A DNA stretch of 47,742 bases from a virus. Shown in pieces: positions 38,804 through 47,742 of the stretch (its first letter is position 1; each line of letters starts with the position of its first letter). The notes beneath the pieces are model-generated. The model saw only the letters and a program-made list of their open reading frames with translations, was not told where the DNA came from and ran no database searches. The translations under genes were made by a program, and so were the position numbers. The stretch spans positions 1 through 47,742 of the IMG/VR virus record IMGVR_UViG_3300029717_000016; one strand, written 5' to 3'.

Positions 38804-39136
38804 ATGGCTAAGAAAATCTGCATTCCCTACAACGGCAAGAAGTACACGCTGGAATTCACCCGCTCCACGGTTTCTGCTATGGAGAAGATCGGGTTCTCCA
38901 TCAATGAGCTTGGCGACAAGCCCGCTACCATGATCCCCATGCTGTTCAGCGGCGCTTTTGCGGCAAATCACCCCAACACCAAGGTTGCTACCATCAACAA
39001 GATTTACGACGGTCTGAGTAACAAGTCCGGCCTTGTGAAGGTGCTGACGGAAATGTACTCCGAGGCCGTGTACACCCTGCTTTCCGATGATGAAGAGGAA
39101 AACGAGGGAAACCCCGGCTGGGAAGCAGTAGAGTAA
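38804..39136 (+). CDS. Tail assembly chaperone (G-like)
   Basis: 110 aa with an acidic C-terminus. Contains the slippery site near its end. Confidence 0.8.
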   Translation: MAKKICIPYNGKKYTLEFTRSTVSAMEKIGFSINELGDKPATMIPMLFSGAFAANHPNTKVATINKIYDGLSNKSGLVKVLTEMYSEAVYTLLSDDEEENEGNPGWEAVE

Positions 39137-39603
39137 GCGAACTTCTTTCCGAAAACGGAGGGGGTGGGGAGACCCCTACCCCCTCTTACGCTTACACAAA
39201 TATCTTCAAGAAGTTATTCCCGTACTATCTTGCAATCGGCATGACCTATGACCAGTTCTGGAATCAGGACGTGGAACTGGTGAAAGCCTACCGGGAAGCT
39301 GACAAGATCAAACGGGACTTGAAGAATCAGGATATGTGGATGCAAGGGGCTTATTACTATGAAGCCCTTCTGGATGCCGCCCCGGTTCTGCGGTTCAGCT
39401 TCAGCAAGAAGCCTCCGAAGCCGGTTCCCTACCGGGAGCAGCCCTTTGAGCTGCACACTGGGCAGCGGAAAGCGGCGGATAGTGGAGAAAAGCAGCTGAC
39501 CCAGCAGGAAAAGAGCGACAAAAGGGCGAAAGCCATGATGGAGATGTTTATGGTATCCATCAACAAGAAATTTGAGAAGAAGGGCGGTGAAGGGAATGGC
39601 TGA
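38804..39603 (+). CDS. Tail assembly chaperone G-T-like fusion (by -1 frameshift at 39106-39112)
   Basis: No stop in the -1 frame across 39106-39241. It joins the conserved LFPYYLAIGMTYDQFW segment that the track truncates at ATG 39241. Confidence 0.65.
39106..39112 (+). promoter_or_regulatory. -1 programmed frameshift slippery heptamer G GGA AAC
   Basis: X XXY YYZ in the zero frame of the G-like gene. The -1 frame is open from here to 39603. Confidence 0.7.
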
Positions 39604-42600
39604 CAATGTGGAAATGCAGGGCATTGAGTTTCAGATTGTGAATGACAGTGCCGCGGCATCTGCGGGTGTAGAGCAGCTGGCCAAGAAACTGGCGGCGCTG
39701 AAATCATCCATCAGCGGTTCCACAACTGCCCTTTCCAAAGTTGCAGCGGGAATTTCGCAGATCAAGAATGCCGTGAACAACATGAATACCGGCGATTTTG
39801 CAAGCAAGATGAACCGCATCAGCGACACGCTGAGCAACCTGAAATCTAAGACGGAAGGCCTGAAAATTTCGTCTTCCATCGCAAACCAGCTTACGGACAT
39901 AACCGCCGCTCTCGACAATCTGAAATGGACAGATGGCGATAAGCTGTCCGCTCTCGCCGATGGCTTACGCCCTCTTTCTGAGATTGGTAAAGCCAACCTG
40001 ACCACTTTCATCAATCAGCTTGGGAAATTGCCTGAGGTCATTGAGGATTTGGAAAAAGCGGACATTGACAAGTTCACTCAGCAGATGAAAGACTTGGCTT
40101 CGGCCATGAAACCGTTTGCTGACGAAATGAACAAGGTTTCCTCCGGGTTTTCGGCATTTCCAAGCAGAATTCAAAGGCTGATTACATCGACGGAGCAGTA
40201 CAACGGTACGGTAAGGCGGGCAACCACAAGCACAAATGCGTGGAGTTCTGCATTGAAAGGTCTTAGCTTTGCTGTGGTGTATCGCGCTGCAACGAAACTA
40301 ATTTCAAATGCCATCCTGAAAGCTTCCGATTATCAGGAAACGCTTGCCATGTTTCAAGTTTCCATGGGTGAGTATGCGGAGGAAGCCTATAACTATGCTC
40401 AGAGGGTAAACGAGGTTATGGGCATTAACCCCGCCGAGTGGATGAAAAACCAAGGCGTTTTCCAGAGTATCATCACAGGTTTTGGTGTTGCCGGGGACAA
40501 GGCGGCAATCATGTCCAAGAACTTAACACAGCTTGGATATGACCTTTCGGCGTTCTACAATCTAAGTTTTGAGGAAACCATGCAGAAGGTTCGTTCCGGT
40601 ATTTCCGGTGAACTCGAACCGCTCAGAAATTTAGGCTACGACCTGTCTGCTGCCCGTCTACAGCAGGAAATGGACGATTTAAGCGAGGCGGCAAAAAATC
40701 TCTCTGTTGATCTGTCTGATACATATTTGGAGCAAGAGCGTGTCAATTTAGGCATCAATAAGAGCGTTTCTAGCATGAATCAGGCTGAAAAGGCGCAGCT
40801 GCGTTATCACGCTATGATGACGCAGCTGACAACGGTGCAAGGAGCAATGGCAAGAGAGCTTGACAGCCCGATTAACCAGTTACGAATTTTGCGTTCACAG
40901 CTGGAACAGGCTTCACAGGCATTTGGCAATCTGTTTATTCCTATTCTGAACAAGGTGCTGCCTCCCCTGATTGCAGTAGCTTCTGCACTTCGGCAAATCA
41001 TATCTGCAATTGCGAACCTGTTTAACATCAAAATTGCCGATTCTGTCGATTGGGGGAAGTCATTCAATACGGCAGCCGGTGCAACGGGTGACATATCCGA
41101 CAACATGGGCAGCGCCGCCGGTTCGGCAAAAGAGCTAAAACGCTATCTTGCCGGTTTTGATGAACTGAACGTTCTCCCAGATCAGAGCAGTAGCGGGAGC
41201 GGAAGCGGTGCTTCCGGTGGCGGCGGACTGTTAGACCTCAACCCGGAGGATTACGATTTTCTGGGCGGCGCTATCACGGAAGCTGTTGATGCATGGAAAC
41301 AAAAGCTGCAGCCTGCCGTTGACTGGATTACAAGCCACCTGAAAGAAATCGGAGAAATTGCGGAGGGCATCGCCGCGATATTTTTGGCGTGGAAGATATC
41401 CGAATCGCTTATACGCGGTATAGATACCCTTTCCGGCTTTTTCAAAAACATCTCTAAGGTTGGTTCTCTCACGCTCGGCGGAATCGGTCTTATCGCCGAC
41501 CTTAACGAGTTTATGAAAGCCCTGAAAGACATTCAGGAGAACGGAGCAAACTTCTCCAACGTTTCAAAACTTATAAGCGAGTTTGCGGGAATGGTCGGCG
41601 ACATCGCGCTGTGGGAAGGCAAATACAATATTGCCGGTGCCCTTAAACTGGTGCAGGGCGTTGTCAAAATTGTAAGTGCCATAAAGGACATTGCAGACAA
41701 TGGGGTGAACTGGGGCAATGCCAACAATGCCATTAGCGGATTAACAACCGTTGCGATTGGAATTGGCTTTTTCACTAAGCGCTTAGATGTTTCAGGCTGG
41801 GCAATGGCTATTCAAGGGCTTTCCTCCGTCATAACAGAAATTGCTGCCAACTGGGAAGCAATTAAAAAGGGCGATTGGAGCGGCGTTGATAAAGCAACGC
41901 TTTTGATCGGCGCAATCCAAATCATGGGTGGCATCGCCACTGCTCTTGACCTTTTCTCCAAGCTAAAAGGCATATCCAATGCCGGAAACGCCGCGAAATC
42001 TGTATCTCAGACGGCAGAAGCGGCAGGGAATCTCGGAGAATCAATCGGTGGAAGCCTAAGCCCCAAAATGCTTAGCCTTGCAAAAAACATCGGTCTTGGC
42101 GTTGGGATTCTTGCCGAAGTCGCCGCTGGCGCAATCATCTTCGTTGGCGCGATCGCGGTTCTTGGCTGGGAGCTTAGCAAGGTCGGCGAAGCGTGGCAGC
42201 CGGTCATTGACAATGCCGGAACAGTCACCATCGCTGTTGGCGTCGGAACCGTACTTATGGCCGCTATTGGCGTCGCCTGTTATGCCCTTGGCGCTGCCGG
42301 AGCAACGGTAGCTTTGAATGTCGGCATAGGAACGGCCATTCTTCTGGAACTTGGAGTTGCGACCGCTTTGTTTCTTGCGGAAATTTGGGGCGTCGGAAAA
42401 GGACTGGACGAAATCGGCAAGGCGTGGGAACCCGTTTTGAATAATGGTGAGGATATCGCCACCGCAATAGGTATCGGAACCGGATTGCTTGTCGGAATCG
42501 GCGTTGTTACAGCCGCGCTCGGAGCAGCAACGGTTGGAACGGCAGGACTTCTCCCGTTGGCTATCGGGCTCGGAACAGCAATCCTCGTTGAGCTGGCAGG

Positions 42601-43651
42601 CGCGTTCATACTTTTTACGGAAAGCCTTGTCGCGGTTGCAGACGAGCTTAATGACAATTTGGCTCCATCTATGCGAGACCTGAATGGTACGCTTCCGCAG
42701 CTTACATCCGACACACATGATTTCACGGTATTCATGACCAGTTTGGCGTCTGAAATCTCCAATTACACCGATAGCATGGGCAGCATCACGTGGGACAGCA
42801 TTGTCGGCGGGTTCAGGAAACTTTTCGCAGGAAATCCAATTCGTGATTTTGCGGATAAGGTCGGAGCCGTAGCAAGTGATGCCTCCGTTTTAAATGAAAA
42901 GCTTACCACTGCGAACGGGGAATTAGAGACGGCGGTAACGCTACTGACCGATTATATCACATTTATGACAACGATGAAGCAACTGACTGGTGACGCAGGA
43001 ACCATCGAGCTTTCTACTGGAATCTTTACAAACCTGAAAGATGCTGGTTCAAAACTGGTTACGGGATTCTCTGTGGGAATGGTTGCGGAAACGCCCAAGC
43101 TTACAGCAGCGTTCAATGATATTCTGGCAGCCCAGAATACGTTCGCCAATCGGTTCTTAAATGGATGGACAAGCCTCTGGTCAAGCGTGAGTATTTCCTT
43201 TGCCGGTTACTGGAACAACGTGTTAGGTAACATGGCGACCGGGCTTAACTCCATTGTCTACGCAACAAATACCATTATATCTGCTGTAAATGCGCTTATG
43301 CGCACCATCGGATATACGGGCGGTATCTCGGCGATTCCCACAGTTTCCATTCCGCGCTATGCCGACGGCGGTTTCGTAGACCAAGGCCAACTCTTTATAG
43401 CCCGTGAAGCCGGTGCGGAAATGGTTGGCTCTATTGGCAGACGGACAGCGATTGCCAACAACGACCAGATCGTTGAGGGCATCACCTACGGTGTTCGGGA
43501 AGCCAATGACGATGTTGTTACTGCTATCTATGCTGTTGCTCAGCAGATTATCGCGGAAATGCGGAATCAGGACAACGGAGGTGGCGGCGGATATGACTTC
43601 GACCGGGCTGTCCGGGATGCTCAGCGCAGGAACGCAAGAATGTATGGATAA
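39596..43651 (+). CDS. Tape measure protein
   Basis: 1351 aa from ATG 39596. Helical N-terminal region, central multi-TM Gly/Ala-rich duplicated block. Position after the chaperones. Confidence 0.9.
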   Translation: MADNVEMQGIEFQIVNDSAAASAGVEQLAKKLAALKSSISGSTTALSKVAAGISQIKNAVNNMNTGDFASKMNRISDTLSNLKSKTEGLKISSSIANQLTDITAALDNLKWTDGDKLSALADGLRPLSEIGKANLTTFINQLGKLPEVIEDLEKADIDKFTQQMKDLASAMKPFADEMNKVSSGFSAFPSRIQRLITSTEQYNGTVRRATTSTNAWSSALKGLSFAVVYRAATKLISNAILKASDYQETLAMFQVSMGEYAEEAYNYAQRVNEVMGINPAEWMKNQGVFQSIITGFGVAGDKAAIMSKNLTQLGYDLSAFYNLSFEETMQKVRSGISGELEPLRNLGYDLSAARLQQEMDDLSEAAKNLSVDLSDTYLEQERVNLGINKSVSSMNQAEKAQLRYHAMMTQLTTVQGAMARELDSPINQLRILRSQLEQASQAFGNLFIPILNKVLPPLIAVASALRQIISAIANLFNIKIADSVDWGKSFNTAAGATGDISDNMGSAAGSAKELKRYLAGFDELNVLPDQSSSGSGSGASGGGGLLDLNPEDYDFLGGAITEAVDAWKQKLQPAVDWITSHLKEIGEIAEGIAAIFLAWKISESLIRGIDTLSGFFKNISKVGSLTLGGIGLIADLNEFMKALKDIQENGANFSNVSKLISEFAGMVGDIALWEGKYNIAGALKLVQGVVKIVSAIKDIADNGVNWGNANNAISGLTTVAIGIGFFTKRLDVSGWAMAIQGLSSVITEIAANWEAIKKGDWSGVDKATLLIGAIQIMGGIATALDLFSKLKGISNAGNAAKSVSQTAEAAGNLGESIGGSLSPKMLSLAKNIGLGVGILAEVAAGAIIFVGAIAVLGWELSKVGEAWQPVIDNAGTVTIAVGVGTVLMAAIGVACYALGAAGATVALNVGIGTAILLELGVATALFLAEIWGVGKGLDEIGKAWEPVLNNGEDIATAIGIGTGLLVGIGVVTAALGAATVGTAGLLPLAIGLGTAILVELAGAFILFTESLVAVADELNDNLAPSMRDLNGTLPQLTSDTHDFTVFMTSLASEISNYTDSMGSITWDSIVGGFRKLFAGNPIRDFADKVGAVASDASVLNEKLTTANGELETAVTLLTDYITFMTTMKQLTGDAGTIELSTGIFTNLKDAGSKLVTGFSVGMVAETPKLTAAFNDILAAQNTFANRFLNGWTSLWSSVSISFAGYWNNVLGNMATGLNSIVYATNTIISAVNALMRTIGYTGGISAIPTVSIPRYADGGFVDQGQLFIAREAGAEMVGSIGRRTAIANNDQIVEGITYGVREANDDVVTAIYAVAQQIIAEMRNQDNGGGGGYDFDRAVRDAQRRNARMYG

Positions 43652-43671
43652 ACGAAAGGAGTGAAAACGGC

Positions 43672-44040
43672 ATGAAGATGATGCTCAAGATAAACGGCGT
43701 GGACTTCATGCCGTTCATCGCCAAACAGGGCGTAAAGTGGCAGCGCAACGACATTGACGCACCCAATTCCGGGCGCACAATGGACGGAACAATGCAACGT
43801 GGCCGGGTGACAACCAAAATCCGTCTGGACATCACCTGCCGCCCGCTAACGGCTGAGGAAGCTATGACCGTGTTGCATACCATTCTCCCGGAATATGTGA
43901 CCGTGGACTACTACGACCCTATGAGCGGGTACCGCAACAATGTGACCATGTACTCCAACAATAACCCTGCATCTTTCCTGATAGAGAAGCCGGAAGACGA
44001 TTGGTGGAGCGGCATTACCTTTCCACTGATTGAGAGGTGA
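43672..44040 (+). CDS. Distal tail protein-like component
   Basis: 122 aa immediately after the tape measure gene. Confidence 0.55.
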   Translation: MKMMLKINGVDFMPFIAKQGVKWQRNDIDAPNSGRTMDGTMQRGRVTTKIRLDITCRPLTAEEAMTVLHTILPEYVTVDYYDPMSGYRNNVTMYSNNNPASFLIEKPEDDWWSGITFPLIER

Positions 44041-44049
44041 CGGGCGCTT

Positions 44050-44832
44050 ATGCAGAACGTATCACAGGCATACCGGGACATTGTAGCGGGTAACCACTGG
44101 TTTGAAAACCGCCTCTGCATCGGTGATACCGGAAAGCTAATTGACAAAAGCGGAAGCGCAATCACGTTCGGCGGAGTGCGCATTCTGGTAGATAGCGGTG
44201 GCGCTGAAACCGGCTACGGTGAAGAACTGCTGATATCCATGGAGCAGAAGCAACCGCTTCTTTCCGATTCTCCTGACGTTGGAAAAACCTGCGCCGGTGA
44301 GATTAACGTTGAAATGATTCATCCCTATGGTGATATCCCCAAACGTGCGCTTCTTCGGCCATATATCAGAGCTGCAAATGAGAATGCCGCCTCTGAATGG
44401 CTACCCCAAGGAAAGTATTACATTGACAAACGGAGCGAAGGAGAAATCGGCGACCGGACAAAACTAACGCTCCACGGATACGACGGGATGCTGCTTCTGG
44501 AAGAAGACTATCCGGCAGAATCCTCCCTTAACTGGCCTGCACGTGACATTGAAGTTCTGAAAGAGATTTCCGATGCAGTCGGCATCTCGCTGGATAGCCG
44601 GGTATATCAAATCGTCACCTCTGGCTACGAAATCCCGTACCCTGCCGGGTACAGCTGCCGTGAGGTCATTGGCTACATCGGCGCAATGTACACCGGCTCC
44701 TGGGCTATGACGGCCACCGGAGAATTGATGCTGGTCACGCTCACGGGGCTTCCGAAGGAAACCAACTATCTGATTGTTGGCGGAAGCGATAACAGAGCGA
44801 TCACGTTTGGAGGTGCCAGAATCCTTGTTTGA
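44050..44832 (+). CDS. Tail-associated protein
   Basis: 260-aa ORF. Confidence 0.6.
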   Translation: MQNVSQAYRDIVAGNHWFENRLCIGDTGKLIDKSGSAITFGGVRILVDSGGAETGYGEELLISMEQKQPLLSDSPDVGKTCAGEINVEMIHPYGDIPKRALLRPYIRAANENAASEWLPQGKYYIDKRSEGEIGDRTKLTLHGYDGMLLLEEDYPAESSLNWPARDIEVLKEISDAVGISLDSRVYQIVTSGYEIPYPAGYSCREVIGYIGAMYTGSWAMTATGELMLVTLTGLPKETNYLIVGGSDNRAITFGGARILV

Positions 44833-46021
44833 TAAGTTCATCATCGGGTCTGCCGCCGACAGCCTGAAAATATCAGACCCACTCAGCGCGTACAGCCGTG
44901 TCACGTTGAAGGTTGCTGACGGCGTGGAGTACACGGCGGGTACAGACAGCGGCAAGGAGCTGATCTCCGAAAACCCTTTCGGAACTCAAAAAATGGCAAA
45001 CGATATGTTGGCCAGAATCAACGGCTATTCCTACCAAACATATACGGCGACAGGCGCAATCTTAGACCCGGCGGCGGAGATTGGAGATGCGGTTCAGGTT
45101 AAAGGAACCTATGGCGGCATCTACAGCGTGTCAAAGTCCTACGGGAAAATGATACGCGCGGATGTTTCCGCCCCCGGCTCTGAGGAAATCGACGAATCCG
45201 CTCCCTATAAATCCCACGAAACACGTAAAGTAGAACGTCAGTTTATAGAAACCCGGGCACAACTAAAAATTCAGGCCGACCAGATTTCCGCCGAAGTCTC
45301 TGCCCGTATCGAGCAGGGGGACGAACTCACCTCGCGGCTGGACATTCAGAGTGACCAGATCTCCGCACGGGTGACCAAAACCGGCGGCAGCAGCTCGTCC
45401 TTCGGTTGGGAGCTGCTTAATGATTCCTGGACGGTCAAGGCCAACAATACCACGGTGTTCCGAATCACCAAATCCGGCGCAGAAGTCCGTGGAAAGTTCA
45501 TCGCCTTAAGCGGCAAAATCGGCGGTCTTGATATCCAATCCGACTACCTAAGCTATAACAATCAGGTCTGGAACGGCACCAACAGCCTGGGTATTTACAT
45601 TGGGGTCAACGGCATTCAGTGCGGCTCTGAGGCTAACGGCGTGCAAATTACGCCGACCGGGAATCTGTATGCGGAGAATGGCTATTTCCGGGGAAGCGTC
45701 AGCGCCGGAAGAATTGACTATGGCGGCGACGATGGGTATTTCAACGGCGGCGGCATTACTTCCGGCAGTATCTCAGGCGGCTACGGCGGGCAGATATATG
45801 GCGGTTCTATCGGCAATTACGCAGTATCCGGAGGTATCAACACCTCCCTTGGGTATGCGGATTTTGCAAATGGTGTGTTCAATGGGTGGAATACAGCGCC
45901 TAGTTTATCAACCGAAGATAAAGGACTGGTAATTGGAGGCCATACGATAGCTATAGCTTCTACATCGTTCAGGGATGGAAACGGCGGAACAGTATCTATA
46001 AAATACCTAACATGGATTTGA
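44825..46021 (+). CDS. Tail fibre/baseplate protein with coiled coil and Gly-rich C-terminus
   Basis: TTG 44825 (GGAGGTG RBS, 8-nt overlap). QLKIQADQISAEVSARIEQGDELTSRLDIQSDQISARV. Confidence 0.65.
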   Translation: MFDKFIIGSAADSLKISDPLSAYSRVTLKVADGVEYTAGTDSGKELISENPFGTQKMANDMLARINGYSYQTYTATGAILDPAAEIGDAVQVKGTYGGIYSVSKSYGKMIRADVSAPGSEEIDESAPYKSHETRKVERQFIETRAQLKIQADQISAEVSARIEQGDELTSRLDIQSDQISARVTKTGGSSSSFGWELLNDSWTVKANNTTVFRITKSGAEVRGKFIALSGKIGGLDIQSDYLSYNNQVWNGTNSLGIYIGVNGIQCGSEANGVQITPTGNLYAENGYFRGSVSAGRIDYGGDDGYFNGGGITSGSISGGYGGQIYGGSIGNYAVSGGINTSLGYADFANGVFNGWNTAPSLSTEDKGLVIGGHTIAIASTSFRDGNGGTVSIKYLTWI

Positions 46022-46048
46022 TATGACTGATTATAATAGGAGGTTTCG

Positions 46049-46294
46049 ATGGAAAAACTGAAAACCGCAACAGGCAAAGAATTCGACTGCGATTATTTCA
46101 ACCCATTTCCCCAGGCGGGGCAGATAAACATCCGTATTCTCGGGGAATCCCTGGCGACGATTGCCACGGTATTTGCAAATCCCGCTGAGACGGTGCAAAT
46201 GTGGTGGGAAGGGCAGTACGCCGCCCAATATACGAAGATAATCGCTATCGTACCGGAAACCGGCGCCATTCGCGTCGTGCTGGGAAAGGAGTAG
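46049..46294 (+). CDS. Hypothetical tail-module protein
   Basis: 81 aa with AGGAGG RBS. Confidence 0.6.
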   Translation: MEKLKTATGKEFDCDYFNPFPQAGQINIRILGESLATIATVFANPAETVQMWWEGQYAAQYTKIIAIVPETGAIRVVLGKE

Positions 46295-46297
46295 GAA

Positions 46298-46471
46298 ATG
46301 AACCCTGTAATGAAACTTAGGGCAGTCCTGAATACCCTTGAGGGCGTTCAGGTCGCAGGACGGGAGAACTGGGACAGAATGCTGGGCAGTATGCAGGCCA
46401 TTGAAGAAGTGGTGCAGGAGCTGTCTGCGCCTCCTGCCCCCGAAAAAGAGACTGACGTTGAGGAGGGATGA
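46298..46471 (+). CDS. Hypothetical 57-aa protein, in frame with the downstream fibre gene
   Basis: AAGGAG RBS. Its TGA stop (46469-46471) is in the same frame as the fibre ORF. Confidence 0.5.
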   Translation: MNPVMKLRAVLNTLEGVQVAGRENWDRMLGSMQAIEEVVQELSAPPAPEKETDVEEG

Positions 46472-46474
46472 CTT

Positions 46475-47701
46475 ATCGCAGATAAAGCAATATCCGAGCT
46501 GATTGCAGCGGAACAGATAAAAGCCGCTGACCTTTTCGTCCTGGAACAGGACAGCGCGGCCAAGAAGCTGACGGGACAAATTCTGCTGAACTGGCTTACC
46601 GCCGCAGCTGACGGCCACGGCGGTATCAGCAGCATCGTGAAGCAGTCCACAAGCGGCCTTACGGATACATACCGCATTACGCTTGCCGATACGACTACCT
46701 TTGATTTCAACGTGTCCAACGGCAAGGGCATTGCAACCATTGCCAAAGTATCCACAAGCGGCCTTGTGGATACATACCGCATCACCTACAACGACAGCAC
46801 CACCAGCACGTTTACCATCACAAACGGCGCAAAGGGCGATAAGGGTGACAACGCATACGTCTGGATTCGGTACGCGTCTCAGAAGCCAACGGCGGCTTCT
46901 CACAGCTTCGGTGTTCTCCCTGACAACTGGATGGGCGTATACAGCGGCAATTCCGCAACTGCCCCAACGGACTGGACGAAGTATCAGTGGTTCGAGATCA
47001 AGGGCGAAAAGGGCGACATCGGGAACCCGGCGCTGTTGACCAGCCAGTCCGTAACATATCAAGCTAGCACATCCGGGAATGTTATACCGTCCGGAAACTG
47101 GCAAGGCAGCATTCCCACGGTAGCACAGGGCGCTTACCTGTGGACGCGAATTGCAATGACGTTCAATTCCGGAGACCCGATTTATGCCTACTCCGTCTCC
47201 CGTATGGGCTTGGATGGCACTGGAGCTGTATCCAAAGTGTGCGGCAAAGAACCTAACTCCAATGGCAACGTTGAGCTAGAAGCTGAAAATGTCGGGGCAT
47301 TGCCTAGTGCTGGCGGTCTAATGACCGGAAATATTGTCATGAACTCCCATCAAATCAAAGCATTAGGTGCGCCCACGGACGGCGCTGATGCCACAACCAA
47401 GGGGTACGTAGATACGGCGTTAAGTAATGCCAAAACGATTGCAAAGACTGCAACGTTAACTGCTGCCGGTTGGTCTGCCAGCGCCCCGTATACCCAGTCT
47501 GTTACGGTCTCCGGTCTGACGGATACAAAACGTGCGATGGCTTATCCAGTGTACGGGAGTAACACGGAGATCAATCTGGCGTTGAAAGAGGCCTGCGGTA
47601 TGGTGAGCTTCGCTTCCCGGTCGGGCAGTACGCTGACGTTTACCTGCCTTGAGGACAAGCCCACGGTGAATATTCCGATTACGGTGGAGGTGTACGTATG
47701 A
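46475..47701 (+). CDS. Tail fibre protein (start uncertain: ATC 46475; first canonical start GTG 46637)
   Basis: The open frame begins right after TGA 46471 and encodes (I)ADKAISELIAAEQIKAADLFVLEQDSAAKKLTGQILLNWL, a conserved-looking fibre N-terminus. GAGGAGGG RBS lies 8 nt before ATC. Tandem STSGLxDTYRIT domains and a GAKGDKGD segment. Confidence 0.7.
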   Translation: MADKAISELIAAEQIKAADLFVLEQDSAAKKLTGQILLNWLTAAADGHGGISSIVKQSTSGLTDTYRITLADTTTFDFNVSNGKGIATIAKVSTSGLVDTYRITYNDSTTSTFTITNGAKGDKGDNAYVWIRYASQKPTAASHSFGVLPDNWMGVYSGNSATAPTDWTKYQWFEIKGEKGDIGNPALLTSQSVTYQASTSGNVIPSGNWQGSIPTVAQGAYLWTRIAMTFNSGDPIYAYSVSRMGLDGTGAVSKVCGKEPNSNGNVELEAENVGALPSAGGLMTGNIVMNSHQIKALGAPTDGADATTKGYVDTALSNAKTIAKTATLTAAGWSASAPYTQSVTVSGLTDTKRAMAYPVYGSNTEINLALKEACGMVSFASRSGSTLTFTCLEDKPTVNIPITVEVYV

Positions 47702-47742
47702 GTATTGCGGTGCCTTTATATGGATTTGGTGCCAGCGGCGGC
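47644..47742. repeat. Terminal overlap copy 2 (identical to 1-99)
   Basis: Exact 99-nt match to the window start. Confidence 0.95.

Noticed and set aside
42056-42762. 220-aa and 160-aa minus-strand ORFs within the tape measure gene
   Set aside because: They are antisense to the continuous 1351-aa tape measure ORF and have no start context.
46031-47104. 357-aa minus-strand ORF
   Set aside because: It is antisense to the fibre-module genes and crosses three plus-strand gene boundaries. The translation has no protein-like features.
1-47742. Genome-wide TGA recoding (code 4/25) as an explanation for the in-frame TGAs at 21105 and 46469
   Set aside because: TGA terminates many well-supported genes here, often in ATGA/GTGA start-stop overlaps (for example 1338-1340, 1906-1908, 13760-13762, 14610-14612). 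TGA is therefore a normal stop in this genome.

Overview
The window is a complete, circularly closed temperate siphovirus-type phage or prophage genome. Its last 99 nt repeat the first 99 nt exactly, giving a unique length of 47,643 bp. RBS style, tRNA-type attP and gene families suggest a Firmicutes/Clostridia-like host. All family names come from motif recognition by eye; no searches were run.

Gene order:
- 55-1908: tail-fibre accessory genes.
- 1905-3424: lysis cassette (PG-binding/peptidase M15 endolysin, XhlA-like protein, phi-LC3-type holin).
- 3803-5108: three-gene moron block.
- ~5110-5390: attP, carrying a tRNA 3' fragment and arm-type repeats.
- 5342-6442: tyrosine integrase, minus strand.
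- 6574-8591: two tandem type III toxin-antitoxin-like loci flanking a membrane-anchored XRE regulator.
- 8960-9732: cI-like/cro-like switch with GTTCAA-N5-TTGAAC operators.
- 10.7-21.9 kb: early, recombination and replication genes (Rad52-like SSAP, NinB-like, HNH, SSB, RusA, DUF4373 replisome organizer with internal iterons, Lar, ASCH, MazG-like).
- 22834-23827: an IS1595-family insertion.
- 23936-24484: terS.
- 24.7-29.3 kb: an accessory island splitting terS from terL.
- 29292-30947: terL.
- 30956-32361: RHH plus Bro-N/KilAC antirepressor cassette.
- 32455-47701: portal, tRNA-Gln and tRNA-Asn, scaffold, capsid, connectors, major tail, G/G-T chaperones with a GGGAAAC -1 frameshift site, tape measure, distal tail and fibre genes.

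Most interesting candidates:
- The paired promoter-repeat RNA-terminator-toxin loci. One shows stem covariation between its two repeats.
- A convergent sRNA/hydrophobic-peptide pair resembling a type I TA module.
- Three paralogous ~22-34 aa LFP-motif peptides.
- A 9-copy GCGACTWT array downstream of terS.
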